Position numbers and translations under genes: made by a program
Assembly (NCBI GenBank): GCA_032128875.1
Contig: JAVLKG010000003.1
Span: 161,008 to 225,007, forward strand
Reading direction: 5' to 3'
From: Candidatus Melainabacteria bacterium 17Bon1m
Lineage (GTDB): Bacteria > Cyanobacteriota > Vampirovibrionia > Obscuribacterales > Obscuribacteraceae
Length of the DNA stretch: 64,000 nucleotides
Notes under the pieces: model-generated
The model's database searches: none
What the model was told of the DNA's origin: nothing
The model's input: only the letters and a program-made list of their open reading frames with translations
In this document: positions 9,744 to 18,470 of the stretch, piece after piece
Numbering within the stretch: the first letter of the stretch is position 1
How the letters are laid out: every line of letters starts with the position of its first letter

Positions 9744-11062
9744 AGTACGATCACATAACTGAATTGATTGGCAACACGCCGTTGCTGAAAATTCCGGCGC
9801 ATGTTCATGGTTTGAAGAACATCGATCTTTACGCGAAGTTGGAGATGATGAACCCTTTTGGTTCGGTCAAAGACCGCATCGCCTGGGGCATTATCAAGGA
9901 TGACATCGACGAGATTCAAGCCAAAGGCAAAACGATTTACGAAAATTCCAGCGGCAACACTGCAAAGGCATTGCAGGTAATCGCTAATATGCACGGCGTG
10001 AAGACGCGTTTGATCACGTATCTTGCCAAGGTTGATGGCGTAAAAGACATCGTTCGAATGCTTGGCGCGGACATCGAAGAGGTGCTTGGCGGCAGCGAAT
10101 GCTTCGATCCGAACGATCCAAATGATCCGCAATTTCTCATTGCCAAAATGGTCAAAGATGACCCGGAGAAAAACTATTTCCCGTCGCAATTCACTAATCC
10201 GAAAAATCCGGATGTGCATTACAAGACGACGGGCAAAGAAATCGTCGATGATTTGAAGGAGGTCGACTTCTTCTTTGGTGGTCTAGGAACCAGCGGTTCA
10301 ACACTTGGTGCTGCTCGCCGGATTCGCGATGAAGGAAATCCGGATCTCGTCTCTGTAGGCGTTTGTGCTAGCAAGAACGATTTCATTCCCGGCATTCGCA
10401 GCCTGGATCAGATGTGGGAATCCGGACTGTTCGTCAAAGAAAACTATAGCGACTTTGTGTATGTCGATTCTGGTGAGTCGGTTGACGCGATGATGGATTT
10501 GATCCGAGGCGCCGGTTTGCTTTGCGGGCCAACGAGCGGAGCCAGCTATCTGGGCGCTTTGCGCTACCTTCGGAAAATTGACGGACAACTGACCAAGAAG
10601 AAAAATGCAGTCTTTATCGCTTGCGATCGCGTCGAGTGGTATACCGACTACATTCGTGAGCGCCGTCCGCAATTGTTCGGACTGAAGATGAAGCCCGGCT
10701 CTCTGCGCGCCTTTGAGTTTGATCCCAGCGGTAGCAAAGAAAGATTCACCATTAAAGTGGACAAGGCTCAAACTTGGATCGATGACGAGAATCCCCTTAT
10801 CATCGATGTTCGTGGCAACCTTGCTTACAAAATGACGACTATTCCTAACGCGATCAACATTCCGTGGGAATTGTTTGAAACCATGATCGATGGTGCCGAT
10901 CCGTTTCCAAAAGATCGTCCGCTGTTGCTGGTATGTCCGGTCGGAGAGAAAACTGCGCGCTATGCTGCGTACCTGCAAACTCGCGGGTACCGGTCGTTTA
11001 GCCTTGACGGGGGCATACTCGAGTGGCGTAATGCAAGCTGCCGCTTGGTGAAAGTTTCGTAG
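9740..11062 (+). CDS. Cysteine synthase-family PLP enzyme fused to a C-terminal rhodanese domain
   Basis: IGNTPL, KLEMMNPFGSVKDR, SSGNT, GLGTSGS and GPTSGA. C-terminal IIDVR, CPVGEKT and LDGGILEW. Confidence 0.9.
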   Translation: MKYDHITELIGNTPLLKIPAHVHGLKNIDLYAKLEMMNPFGSVKDRIAWGIIKDDIDEIQAKGKTIYENSSGNTAKALQVIANMHGVKTRLITYLAKVDGVKDIVRMLGADIEEVLGGSECFDPNDPNDPQFLIAKMVKDDPEKNYFPSQFTNPKNPDVHYKTTGKEIVDDLKEVDFFFGGLGTSGSTLGAARRIRDEGNPDLVSVGVCASKNDFIPGIRSLDQMWESGLFVKENYSDFVYVDSGESVDAMMDLIRGAGLLCGPTSGASYLGALRYLRKIDGQLTKKKNAVFIACDRVEWYTDYIRERRPQLFGLKMKPGSLRAFEFDPSGSKERFTIKVDKAQTWIDDENPLIIDVRGNLAYKMTTIPNAINIPWELFETMIDGADPFPKDRPLLLVCPVGEKTARYAAYLQTRGYRSFSLDGGILEWRNASCRLVKVS

Positions 11063-11295
11063 CGAACTGAAACCAAATAGGCAAGCCGCCCGCGCTCTCA
11101 GTAATGCGATAACGTGTAGTAAACTGTTGTGGTACTTACTAAGGTTTTAATCGAAAGAAACACTTGACTGGGTTGTCAGAAGAAGATCTGAGATCATTTT
11201 TCAGTCAAGAGGAAGCCTAACCTAAAGACAAGCGTTTACAGTAAGTACTTTCGAGTAGATAGGAGACGGGGCGTCTCTCAAAGGGTGTATTTAGA

Positions 11296-12363
11296 ATGAA
11301 AAAGTTAGCCGTTACTATGCAAATGTCGCTCGGGCTGCTCGCCGGGACATTGATGTCACTTGCCACGCTCACCGGATGCGGACAGGCGACTGCTCCTCAG
11401 CAGGCGGTTTCCGCAGGTTGGGGCTACATAGACACCACTGGTAACGTGGCAATCCCACCGCAATTCGAGGCTGCGATGCCTTTCTCGCAAGATAGAGCGG
11501 GAGTACTCAAGGGCGGACGCTGGGGCTTTATTGACAAGAAAGGCACGTTCGTCATCCCCGCACAGTACAACACGGTCGAGTCCTTCTCTGAGGGGCGCGC
11601 AGCAGTACAGGTCGGGGACAAATGGGGCTTTATCGATTTGAACGGACGTATGGCGGTGCAACCAAATTGGGAAAACACCCAGCCATTCTCGGACGGCTGC
11701 GCACCTGTTCGCTACAACAAGCAATGGGGCTACGTCGGTAAAGAAGGCGAGACCATCATGCCTGCCAATGCCATGAATGTAAAGCCGATGACCGAAGGTC
11801 GCGGCGCCGTTCAGATGATGTATGACGCAAAGTGGAATCCGTGGGGCTTCGTCAACGACAAAGGTGAAGTCGTTATCAAGCAACAGTACGCCAGCGTTGT
11901 TCCGTTTAAAAACGGCGTTGCCGAAGTCAAAGATGAGAAGGGTAAGACTGGTCTGCTCGACCGCGACGGCGTCATCATCTACAAGGATGAAACCGAGTTG
12001 CCGTCACTCTTTCACGATGGTTTGGCAATTACGTCTAACAGAGGCAAGCAAGGATTTGCTGATTCTAAGGGCAACATCGTTATCCCGACCGAGTACGACC
12101 AGGTTGAGAATTTCACTGAAGGCATAGCAATGGTCCGCCAGGACCTGCGTTGGGGCTACGTCAACAACAAAGGCGAAATTGTCGCGAAGATGCAGTACGA
12201 CAAAGCAACGCCCTTCAAAGAAGGTTTGGCGGCTGTGAAGCTGGCCGGCGGGCGTTGGGGCTATCTCAATAGCAAAGGTAAGTTGGCGATTGAGCCGATC
12301 TACGACGAAGCCCAGCCTTTCTCTGAAGGGTTGGCAGCCGTAAAGCAAGAGCAAGCCAAGTAA
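11296..12363 (+). CDS. WG (KWG) repeat lipoprotein
   Basis: Lipobox LTGC and repeated WG(Y/F)ID...PF(S)EG units. Confidence 0.9.
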   Translation: MKKLAVTMQMSLGLLAGTLMSLATLTGCGQATAPQQAVSAGWGYIDTTGNVAIPPQFEAAMPFSQDRAGVLKGGRWGFIDKKGTFVIPAQYNTVESFSEGRAAVQVGDKWGFIDLNGRMAVQPNWENTQPFSDGCAPVRYNKQWGYVGKEGETIMPANAMNVKPMTEGRGAVQMMYDAKWNPWGFVNDKGEVVIKQQYASVVPFKNGVAEVKDEKGKTGLLDRDGVIIYKDETELPSLFHDGLAITSNRGKQGFADSKGNIVIPTEYDQVENFTEGIAMVRQDLRWGYVNNKGEIVAKMQYDKATPFKEGLAAVKLAGGRWGYLNSKGKLAIEPIYDEAQPFSEGLAAVKQEQAK

Positions 12364-12539
12364 CACACTGATCTGGCTAATCCAGTTGTTCGCAAACAAC
12401 ATTTCAAGCCCGGCAATTTCGATTTTGCCGGGCTTGTCGCTTAAATACGGTCATCCTCGGGTTATCATATCCAGAAGATATGTGCGTCGCCTCTGGGGCT
12501 TGGCGGCGAGGGTGGTCGGTATTTTGGCAGGGGAGCTGA

Positions 12540-14000
12540 ATGCGAGACTTTGTCCTTTTGTACGTCAATGGCGTCGAACACCAGGTAAGCGGCGATGATG
12601 CGTTTTTGTCGCTGTCCGATTACTTGCGCTACTCACTGAATAAGTGCGGTACAAAAGTTGTTTGTGCAGAAGGGGATTGTGGCGCTTGCACAGTATTCCT
12701 GGGGCGTCTGAACGCGGCGAAGAATGGCATTGAGTACATCCCGGTCAACGCGTGCATCCAATACATGTATCAGTTGGATTGCACTCACATCGTCACAGTT
12801 GAAGGGCTAAAAGTCGACGGAGACCTCAACAGAATTCAGCAGTCGATGGTTGATTGTCACGGCGCACAGTGCGGTTATTGCACGCCCGGCTTTATCGTGG
12901 CTATGTGCTCGCTGTTCGAACAGTGCGATAAGAGCCAGAAGTCTTGCAATGTCACAAGGCAGGAAGTGAGTGATGCGCTCACAGGCAATCTCTGCCGTTG
13001 TACTGGATATGAGGCGATCATCAAAGCTGCGATGAGCGTCGATGAAAAAGAGTACAAACGTTTGGAGAATTTGTATCCCCCGCAGCCACTTCTGAGTGCG
13101 TTCAAAAAGCACCATGATGAGCCTGTCTTAGTGAAAGGCGAAGACGCAGAGTTTTTCAAGCCCACCGATGTTAAATCAGCGGTCGAGTATAAAAGCAAGC
13201 ATGCTGGTGTTGTCATCGTATCTGGTGGCACTGATGTGTGTGTCAATTTGAATAAGGGTCGCATCGAACCGAAGAACATAATGGTTCTCACCCATGTTGC
13301 TGGGCTGGATGACCTTGAGATAAACGGTAATACCGTCGTGGTTGGTGCGCGAGTTTCGCTGCGCAAACTGGAAGAGTTTTTCCAAAAGTCGCTGCCTGAG
13401 TTTCACCATATTTTGTGGGTCTTTGGTTCTCCCCAAATTCGATATGCCGGGACATTAGCCGGCAACATCGCTAACGGCTCTCCCATTGCTGATTCGCTGC
13501 CCTTCTTGTTTGTCTCCGGCGCGGAAGTTGAAGTGGCCGGGCTGAAAGGCGAGCGTCGTATCAAGGTCAATCAGCTCTATAGTGGTTACCGCAAAATGGT
13601 TTTGACTGACGACGAAGTCATCGTCAAGATTCACATCCCGATGCCGTCCAAATCAGCAAAGCTGAAGCTGTACAAAGTTTCAAAACGTGAGCATTTGGAT
13701 ATTTCCAGCTTCACTGCTGCAATTAGTTTGGAACGCAATGGCGACAAAATTTCCAATGCGCAAGTTGCATATGGTGGTGTTGCTGCGGTTGTTTTGAAAC
13801 TGGCGAAGACCGAAGAATTCCTCAACGGCAAGCCCTTCTCGCTGGAAACATTCCGCGAGGCCGGTGAAATTGCGATGAAAGAGATTACGCCGATTAGCGA
13901 TGTCCGCGGCTCGAAAGACTATCGGTTGCAGCTTGCAGCAAACATCATGGAAAAGTTTTACTTCGAAACCGCTGACGCGAAGGAGCTAGTATGTCCGTAG
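12540..14000 (+). CDS. xdhA: Xanthine dehydrogenase small subunit (2Fe-2S + FAD)
   Basis: GTKVVCAEGDCGACTV, QCGYCTPGF, GNLCRCTGY, GNIANGSPIAD and PISDVRGS. Confidence 0.93.
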   Translation: MRDFVLLYVNGVEHQVSGDDAFLSLSDYLRYSLNKCGTKVVCAEGDCGACTVFLGRLNAAKNGIEYIPVNACIQYMYQLDCTHIVTVEGLKVDGDLNRIQQSMVDCHGAQCGYCTPGFIVAMCSLFEQCDKSQKSCNVTRQEVSDALTGNLCRCTGYEAIIKAAMSVDEKEYKRLENLYPPQPLLSAFKKHHDEPVLVKGEDAEFFKPTDVKSAVEYKSKHAGVVIVSGGTDVCVNLNKGRIEPKNIMVLTHVAGLDDLEINGNTVVVGARVSLRKLEEFFQKSLPEFHHILWVFGSPQIRYAGTLAGNIANGSPIADSLPFLFVSGAEVEVAGLKGERRIKVNQLYSGYRKMVLTDDEVIVKIHIPMPSKSAKLKLYKVSKREHLDISSFTAAISLERNGDKISNAQVAYGGVAAVVLKLAKTEEFLNGKPFSLETFREAGEIAMKEITPISDVRGSKDYRLQLAANIMEKFYFETADAKELVCP

Positions 14001-16348
14001 TCGGAAAAGACATGCCGCACGATTCAGCCGTTGGACACGTTAGCGGAGAGTCGATTTATATCGACGACATGCCGTCTGCGAAGAATGAATTGCTCGTTGA
14101 CTTCGTTGGCAGCCCGGTTGCATACGGGCACATCAGGTCGGTCGATTACAGCGAAGCGCTGAAAATCAAAGGCGTTGTCGCTTGCTACACATATAAAGAT
14201 CTGCCGGGCATCAATAAATTCGGTCCGATTATTCAAGACGAAGTCTTGCTCTGCGAAGACCATTCTTCTTTCATCGGAGAACCGATTGTTGTAATTGCCG
14301 CCGAGACCCGCAAAGCCTTGGCGAAGGCAAAGAAAGCCGTTAAGCTCGTTGTTGAAGAACTGGAGCCGGCTTTGAGCATTGATGCTGCGATAAAGAAGCA
14401 AGATTTTCTGGATAAAACATATCGAATCGCGCGCGGTGATGCCGAACGTGTTTTGAAAGAAGCCAAGCATAAGCTGGAAGGAACTTGCATCATCGGCGGT
14501 CAAGAGCACTTCTATCTTGAATCGCAAGCGGCGCTCGTAGTGCCGGGTGAGTACGATCAGTTGGTTGTTCATTCCTCCACGCAACACCCAAGTGAAATTC
14601 AACAGGTGCTGGCGAAAGTTTTGGGGCTGCAACAAAACCAAGTTGTCGTAGTTACCAAACGCATGGGCGGCGGCTTCGGCGGAAAAGAATCGCAAGCCAC
14701 GCACCCAGCTGGAATGGCGGCACTTGTGGCTTTGAAGACGAAGCGCCCAGCACGTATTATCTACACCAAAGATGACGACATGAAATTCACAGGCAAGCGT
14801 CATCCATTTCAAAACAACTTCCAAGTCGCCTTTGACGACAATGGTCGAATACTCGCGCTGAAAGCTCATCTCTATGCCGACGGCGGGGCTGCCGCTGATC
14901 TTTCGACGGCTGTGCTCGGGCGCGCCATCACTCACATCGACAATGCGTACTACATCGAAAACGCTGATGTCGTCGGGCAAATCTGCAAGACGAATTATCC
15001 TCCAACCACTGCTTTCCGCGGGTTTGGTGGACCACAAGGCGTGGCGACGATCGAAAGCATTGTTCAAGACATCGCTGCCTATCTGAAGAAAGATCCGCTC
15101 GACGTGCGCCTGGCGAATTTATATGGAATAACCGAGCGCAACACGACTCACTATGGTCAATTGTTGAAGCACAACACGCTGCCGCAGTTGTTTGACGAAA
15201 TAGTGGAGAGCTCTGACTACAGAAGTCGTCGCAAGCTCGTCGATAAGTTTAATTCCGAGTCGAGAACACATCTGAAGGGGCTCGCGCTCACGCCCGTTAA
15301 ATTCGGCATTTCGTTTACCAATACAATGCTCAACCAAGCCAATGCCCTGGTGAACATCTACCTCGACGGCACTATTCAGGTTTCTACCGGTGCAACCGAA
15401 ATGGGTCAGGGCGTTAACACAAACATCAAAATGCTGGTCGCGGACGAGTTTTCCATCGACCCGAAGAGCGTTATTGTGATGACGACTTCCACGGAGAAGA
15501 ACAACAATACGTCAGCGACAGCGGCATCATCAGCGACAGATTTGAATGGAAGCGCGGCGGTAAACGCCTGCCAGAAGATCAAAAAATCTATGGCGGAAGT
15601 TGCTGCGCGACACTTTGATCGTGTGGAAACCGGCATCGGCGCATTCCCTGACAGAATAGTTTTTGCCGACGGACACATCTATGACGAGCGCAGACCGCAC
15701 AACAAATTGAAGTGGCAAGAGCTTGTCGCCATGTCGTATCGCGAGCGCGTCAGCCTAGGCGAGCGTGGATACTACGCGACGCAAGGTATTGGCTTTGATT
15801 GGAGTAAAGGGCAAGGCTCGCCCTTTTTGTACTTTACGTGCGGTTGCTGTGTTGCCGAAGTCATCATCGATCGATTCACCGGTCAAATGAAAGTTGAACG
15901 CGTAGACATCCTGATGGATATCGGCAAGTCAATCAATCCCGGCATCAATCGTGGACAGGTGGTTGGCGGATTTGTTCAAGGAATGGGTTGGGTAACCAAC
16001 GAAGAGCTGAAGTATTCGGATAAAGGTGCGCTGCTTTCCTACTCGCCTACGACGTACAAGATTCCGAACATCCAAGACGTTCCGGCAGATTTGCATTGCA
16101 ATTTCATCGACAATCCAAACAACACGGTCAATGTGCGTGGCAGCAAAGCCGTTGGTGAACCGCCGCTGCTCTTGGGTCTTGCCGTATGGGCTGCGGTGAA
16201 AGATGCACTTGCCTATGCCGCAAAAGGACAAGTTCCGAAATTGAATTTGCCTGCAACTGGCGAAGAAATTTTGATGCGTTTAACTGAACTCAAAAAGACA
16301 ACGCTGTCCGTGAAGAGCAAAGGCAAAGAGCCCGCGAAGATCAGCTAG
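13991..16348 (+). CDS. xdhB: Xanthine dehydrogenase molybdopterin-binding subunit
   Basis: GGQEHFYLE, RMGGGFGGKE, AFRGFGGPQG, GATEMGQG and SKAVGEPP. Confidence 0.95.
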   Translation: MSVVGKDMPHDSAVGHVSGESIYIDDMPSAKNELLVDFVGSPVAYGHIRSVDYSEALKIKGVVACYTYKDLPGINKFGPIIQDEVLLCEDHSSFIGEPIVVIAAETRKALAKAKKAVKLVVEELEPALSIDAAIKKQDFLDKTYRIARGDAERVLKEAKHKLEGTCIIGGQEHFYLESQAALVVPGEYDQLVVHSSTQHPSEIQQVLAKVLGLQQNQVVVVTKRMGGGFGGKESQATHPAGMAALVALKTKRPARIIYTKDDDMKFTGKRHPFQNNFQVAFDDNGRILALKAHLYADGGAAADLSTAVLGRAITHIDNAYYIENADVVGQICKTNYPPTTAFRGFGGPQGVATIESIVQDIAAYLKKDPLDVRLANLYGITERNTTHYGQLLKHNTLPQLFDEIVESSDYRSRRKLVDKFNSESRTHLKGLALTPVKFGISFTNTMLNQANALVNIYLDGTIQVSTGATEMGQGVNTNIKMLVADEFSIDPKSVIVMTTSTEKNNNTSATAASSATDLNGSAAVNACQKIKKSMAEVAARHFDRVETGIGAFPDRIVFADGHIYDERRPHNKLKWQELVAMSYRERVSLGERGYYATQGIGFDWSKGQGSPFLYFTCGCCVAEVIIDRFTGQMKVERVDILMDIGKSINPGINRGQVVGGFVQGMGWVTNEELKYSDKGALLSYSPTTYKIPNIQDVPADLHCNFIDNPNNTVNVRGSKAVGEPPLLLGLAVWAAVKDALAYAAKGQVPKLNLPATGEEILMRLTELKKTTLSVKSKGKEPAKIS

Positions 16349-16353
16349 TGCCC

Positions 16354-16376
16354 GGAGCGCCGGCTTCCAGCCTGCA
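16354..16376 (+). repeat. REP-like palindrome family B copy
   Basis: GGAGCGCCGGCTTCCAGCCTGCA between convergent genes. Confidence 0.7.
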
Positions 16377-16401
16377 TCGGAAATTGTTTTTGTGATAGTT
16401 T

Positions 16402-17466
16402 CTATCTAAGGGCATGTTTCTCGAAAAAGTTCCAAATTGCGACGTTGCCATTGAAGTCGCGACATACCGGTCCAATGATTGTTTTTGGAAGATACTGCTG
16501 ACCATCGGGCCACGTATGCCCGCCGCCTTTGATTTCATAGAGTACTACTTCGTTGAGGCTGTCCGGCGCTCCGTATTGCTCAACGAAGACGCGCGAATTA
16601 TCGCTCGGGTCTGTGTCTGGTAATTCAGAGCAATTTGGTCGAGCGTTGTTTTTATTTTTTGCCAGCCAGAATTCGAGCGCTTGCCTTCCAGGAATCACTT
16701 CGCCTCTGCCTTTGCGTAAGACCTTGCCGCCGACTTTGCCGCCTTCCCACGGAACAAGTGTATCGTTGGTGCCCAACAGCATCATGATGGGCACTGGTGC
16801 AACATTGAGATCAAGGAATGTTTTAGAAACTGACGCCGCCACACTTGCGACTGCTGCAATTTTGCCCGGTAGTTTGATCGCTAGATATTGGCTGAAGAAG
16901 CCACCGTTTGATATGCCTGTTGCGTAAACGCGCTTTGGATCGATGAGTTTTTGTGCGTTCAGATCATCAATGAGTTTTGAAATGAAACCGACGTCATCGT
17001 AGCTTGTCTTCGACAAATCAGGTCGTCCGTCGTTCCAATGTTTGTCGATGGCATCTGGATAGACGACGATAAAACCCTTCTCGTCAGCCAGCTTCGCGAG
17101 CCCGCCTGCGCACCTGTCGGTACCTTCAGCATTGCCTCCGCCGCCGTGGAACGCTAACACAAGCGGCGCAGGCAACGATGCTGTATCAGGTTGGTAAATG
17201 TAGTAACGTCGTTTGACGCCGTCGATTGTCAATTCCCGAAGCATTGGTTTTCCAGCGCCTGACCAACCCCTTTCGATGTTCGGGCGCCGCATCATTGCGA
17301 AATTGCGAGCGTTGCCGTTCTGCGCCTGCCCCTGGCGAAACCCTAGTCCGCGCCCGAAGCGAGCTCCATAAGGGCTTTCTTGAGCTTGTACGAAGGGCGC
17401 CAGGGCAAGGCAAGCAAACACGGCTGGAGTCACTGACAATAACGCTCGCCTTGCCCATATACTCAT
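16402..17466 (-). CDS. Secreted PHB-depolymerase/LpqC-like alpha/beta hydrolase
   Basis: FHGGGG, HWNDGR, DDVGF, TGISNGG and GGGHTWP. Signal peptide from MSIWARR (start 17466; the ORF track start is 17520). Confidence 0.88.
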   Translation of the reverse strand: MSIWARRALLSVTPAVFACLALAPFVQAQESPYGARFGRGLGFRQGQAQNGNARNFAMMRRPNIERGWSGAGKPMLRELTIDGVKRRYYIYQPDTASLPAPLVLAFHGGGGNAEGTDRCAGGLAKLADEKGFIVVYPDAIDKHWNDGRPDLSKTSYDDVGFISKLIDDLNAQKLIDPKRVYATGISNGGFFSQYLAIKLPGKIAAVASVAASVSKTFLDLNVAPVPIMMLLGTNDTLVPWEGGKVGGKVLRKGRGEVIPGRQALEFWLAKNKNNARPNCSELPDTDPSDNSRVFVEQYGAPDSLNEVVLYEIKGGGHTWPDGQQYLPKTIIGPVCRDFNGNVAIWNFFEKHALR

Positions 17467-17634
17467 TTGGTCATCAACCTCGAGTCCGCCCTCGTACAGA
17501 GTCCAATACCCGCCGTGCATGGAAAAGTTTCGCTTAGTTCTTTGATGGGGTAAAAATGGAACTGTGAGGTTAATGTAGGGATTGCTGAATCTCTTCTTTG
17601 CCGCCGCACGGAGCAGCTCAGCCAGGATTTACTG

Positions 17635-18351
17635 ATGTTTAGACAACCGCCCAATTTGCCTACCATCGAAGATTGGCTCGCGCTCAAGGATTGGTCACGG
17701 ACTCCGTACTGGACTGAAGGAACCCACAATGAGTATTTCTGGGTTCGATGTGAAGGTGCCAGCTTTGGAGATGCGCTTTCTACAACTCTATTTATGCCGA
17801 GCGAGTTTCGAGTACAGGTTATTTATTGGGGGTCTGACGGTGGTGCACCTGATTTTTACAGATGTGAACCAGGTTGGAAAATCATTGGAGACTACGCTTT
17901 GGGTCCACCTTTAAGGCATCTGCCTGAGATGCAGTTTGGTACACCTAGTGCCGCGATGTTGATCCCTGGCACTGTAACTGAGTCTGAGCTCGAAGAATTT
18001 CTGGATGGTTTTGAACTGGCTCAGCTTTATTTTGAGGAAACAGAAGAATTTTGGACAATAGTTGATCATTTAAAGCCGATCGCATTCTTTTCGGACCGAG
18101 AGGAAGGAATTTTTCTTGCACAAGGGCGAGAGCTCTACGAGTTAGGCTTTAACGAAAGTGTGATCGCAGAGATTACCAATCGCTTTCGTACAAGCGAGCA
18201 AAGGCAGCGAGAGTCCATTTGGAACACTCTTGGTCCAGAGTCTGGCCCTGAGAAGTGCATCGAACCTGGTTGTGAGCATCTAAGAATTCAACTAGCTGTG
18301 AGGTGTTTACTACACCAACTCAATGGTTGTTGGAAGACACAAGAGTATTAA
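17635..18351 (+). CDS. Hypothetical protein with C-terminal C-x4-C...C-x2-H motif
   Basis: 238-aa ORF filling the gap; no family recognised. Confidence 0.6.
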   Translation: MFRQPPNLPTIEDWLALKDWSRTPYWTEGTHNEYFWVRCEGASFGDALSTTLFMPSEFRVQVIYWGSDGGAPDFYRCEPGWKIIGDYALGPPLRHLPEMQFGTPSAAMLIPGTVTESELEEFLDGFELAQLYFEETEEFWTIVDHLKPIAFFSDREEGIFLAQGRELYELGFNESVIAEITNRFRTSEQRQRESIWNTLGPESGPEKCIEPGCEHLRIQLAVRCLLHQLNGCWKTQEY

Positions 18352-18372
18352 AACGACCACAAGAATAAAACC

Positions 18373-18404
18373 GGGCGATGCATGGCATCGCCCCTACGCT
18401 TCGC
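18373..18404 (+). repeat. REP-like palindrome (CCCCTAC-ended, family A variant)
   Basis: GGGCGATGCATGGCATCGCCCCTACGCTTCGC, 30/32 identical to 44770-44801. Confidence 0.85.
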
Positions 18405-18444
18405 TGTACGTAACTGCGTCCCCGCCCGGAAGCAGATTCCAGAA

Positions 18445-18470
18445 GCCGGCGAGCCGCCGGCGCTCCCAGG
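18445..18470. repeat. REP-like palindrome family B variant
   Basis: GCCGGCGAGCCGCCGGCGCTCCCAGG shares the GCCGGC...GCCGGCGCTC core. Confidence 0.6.
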
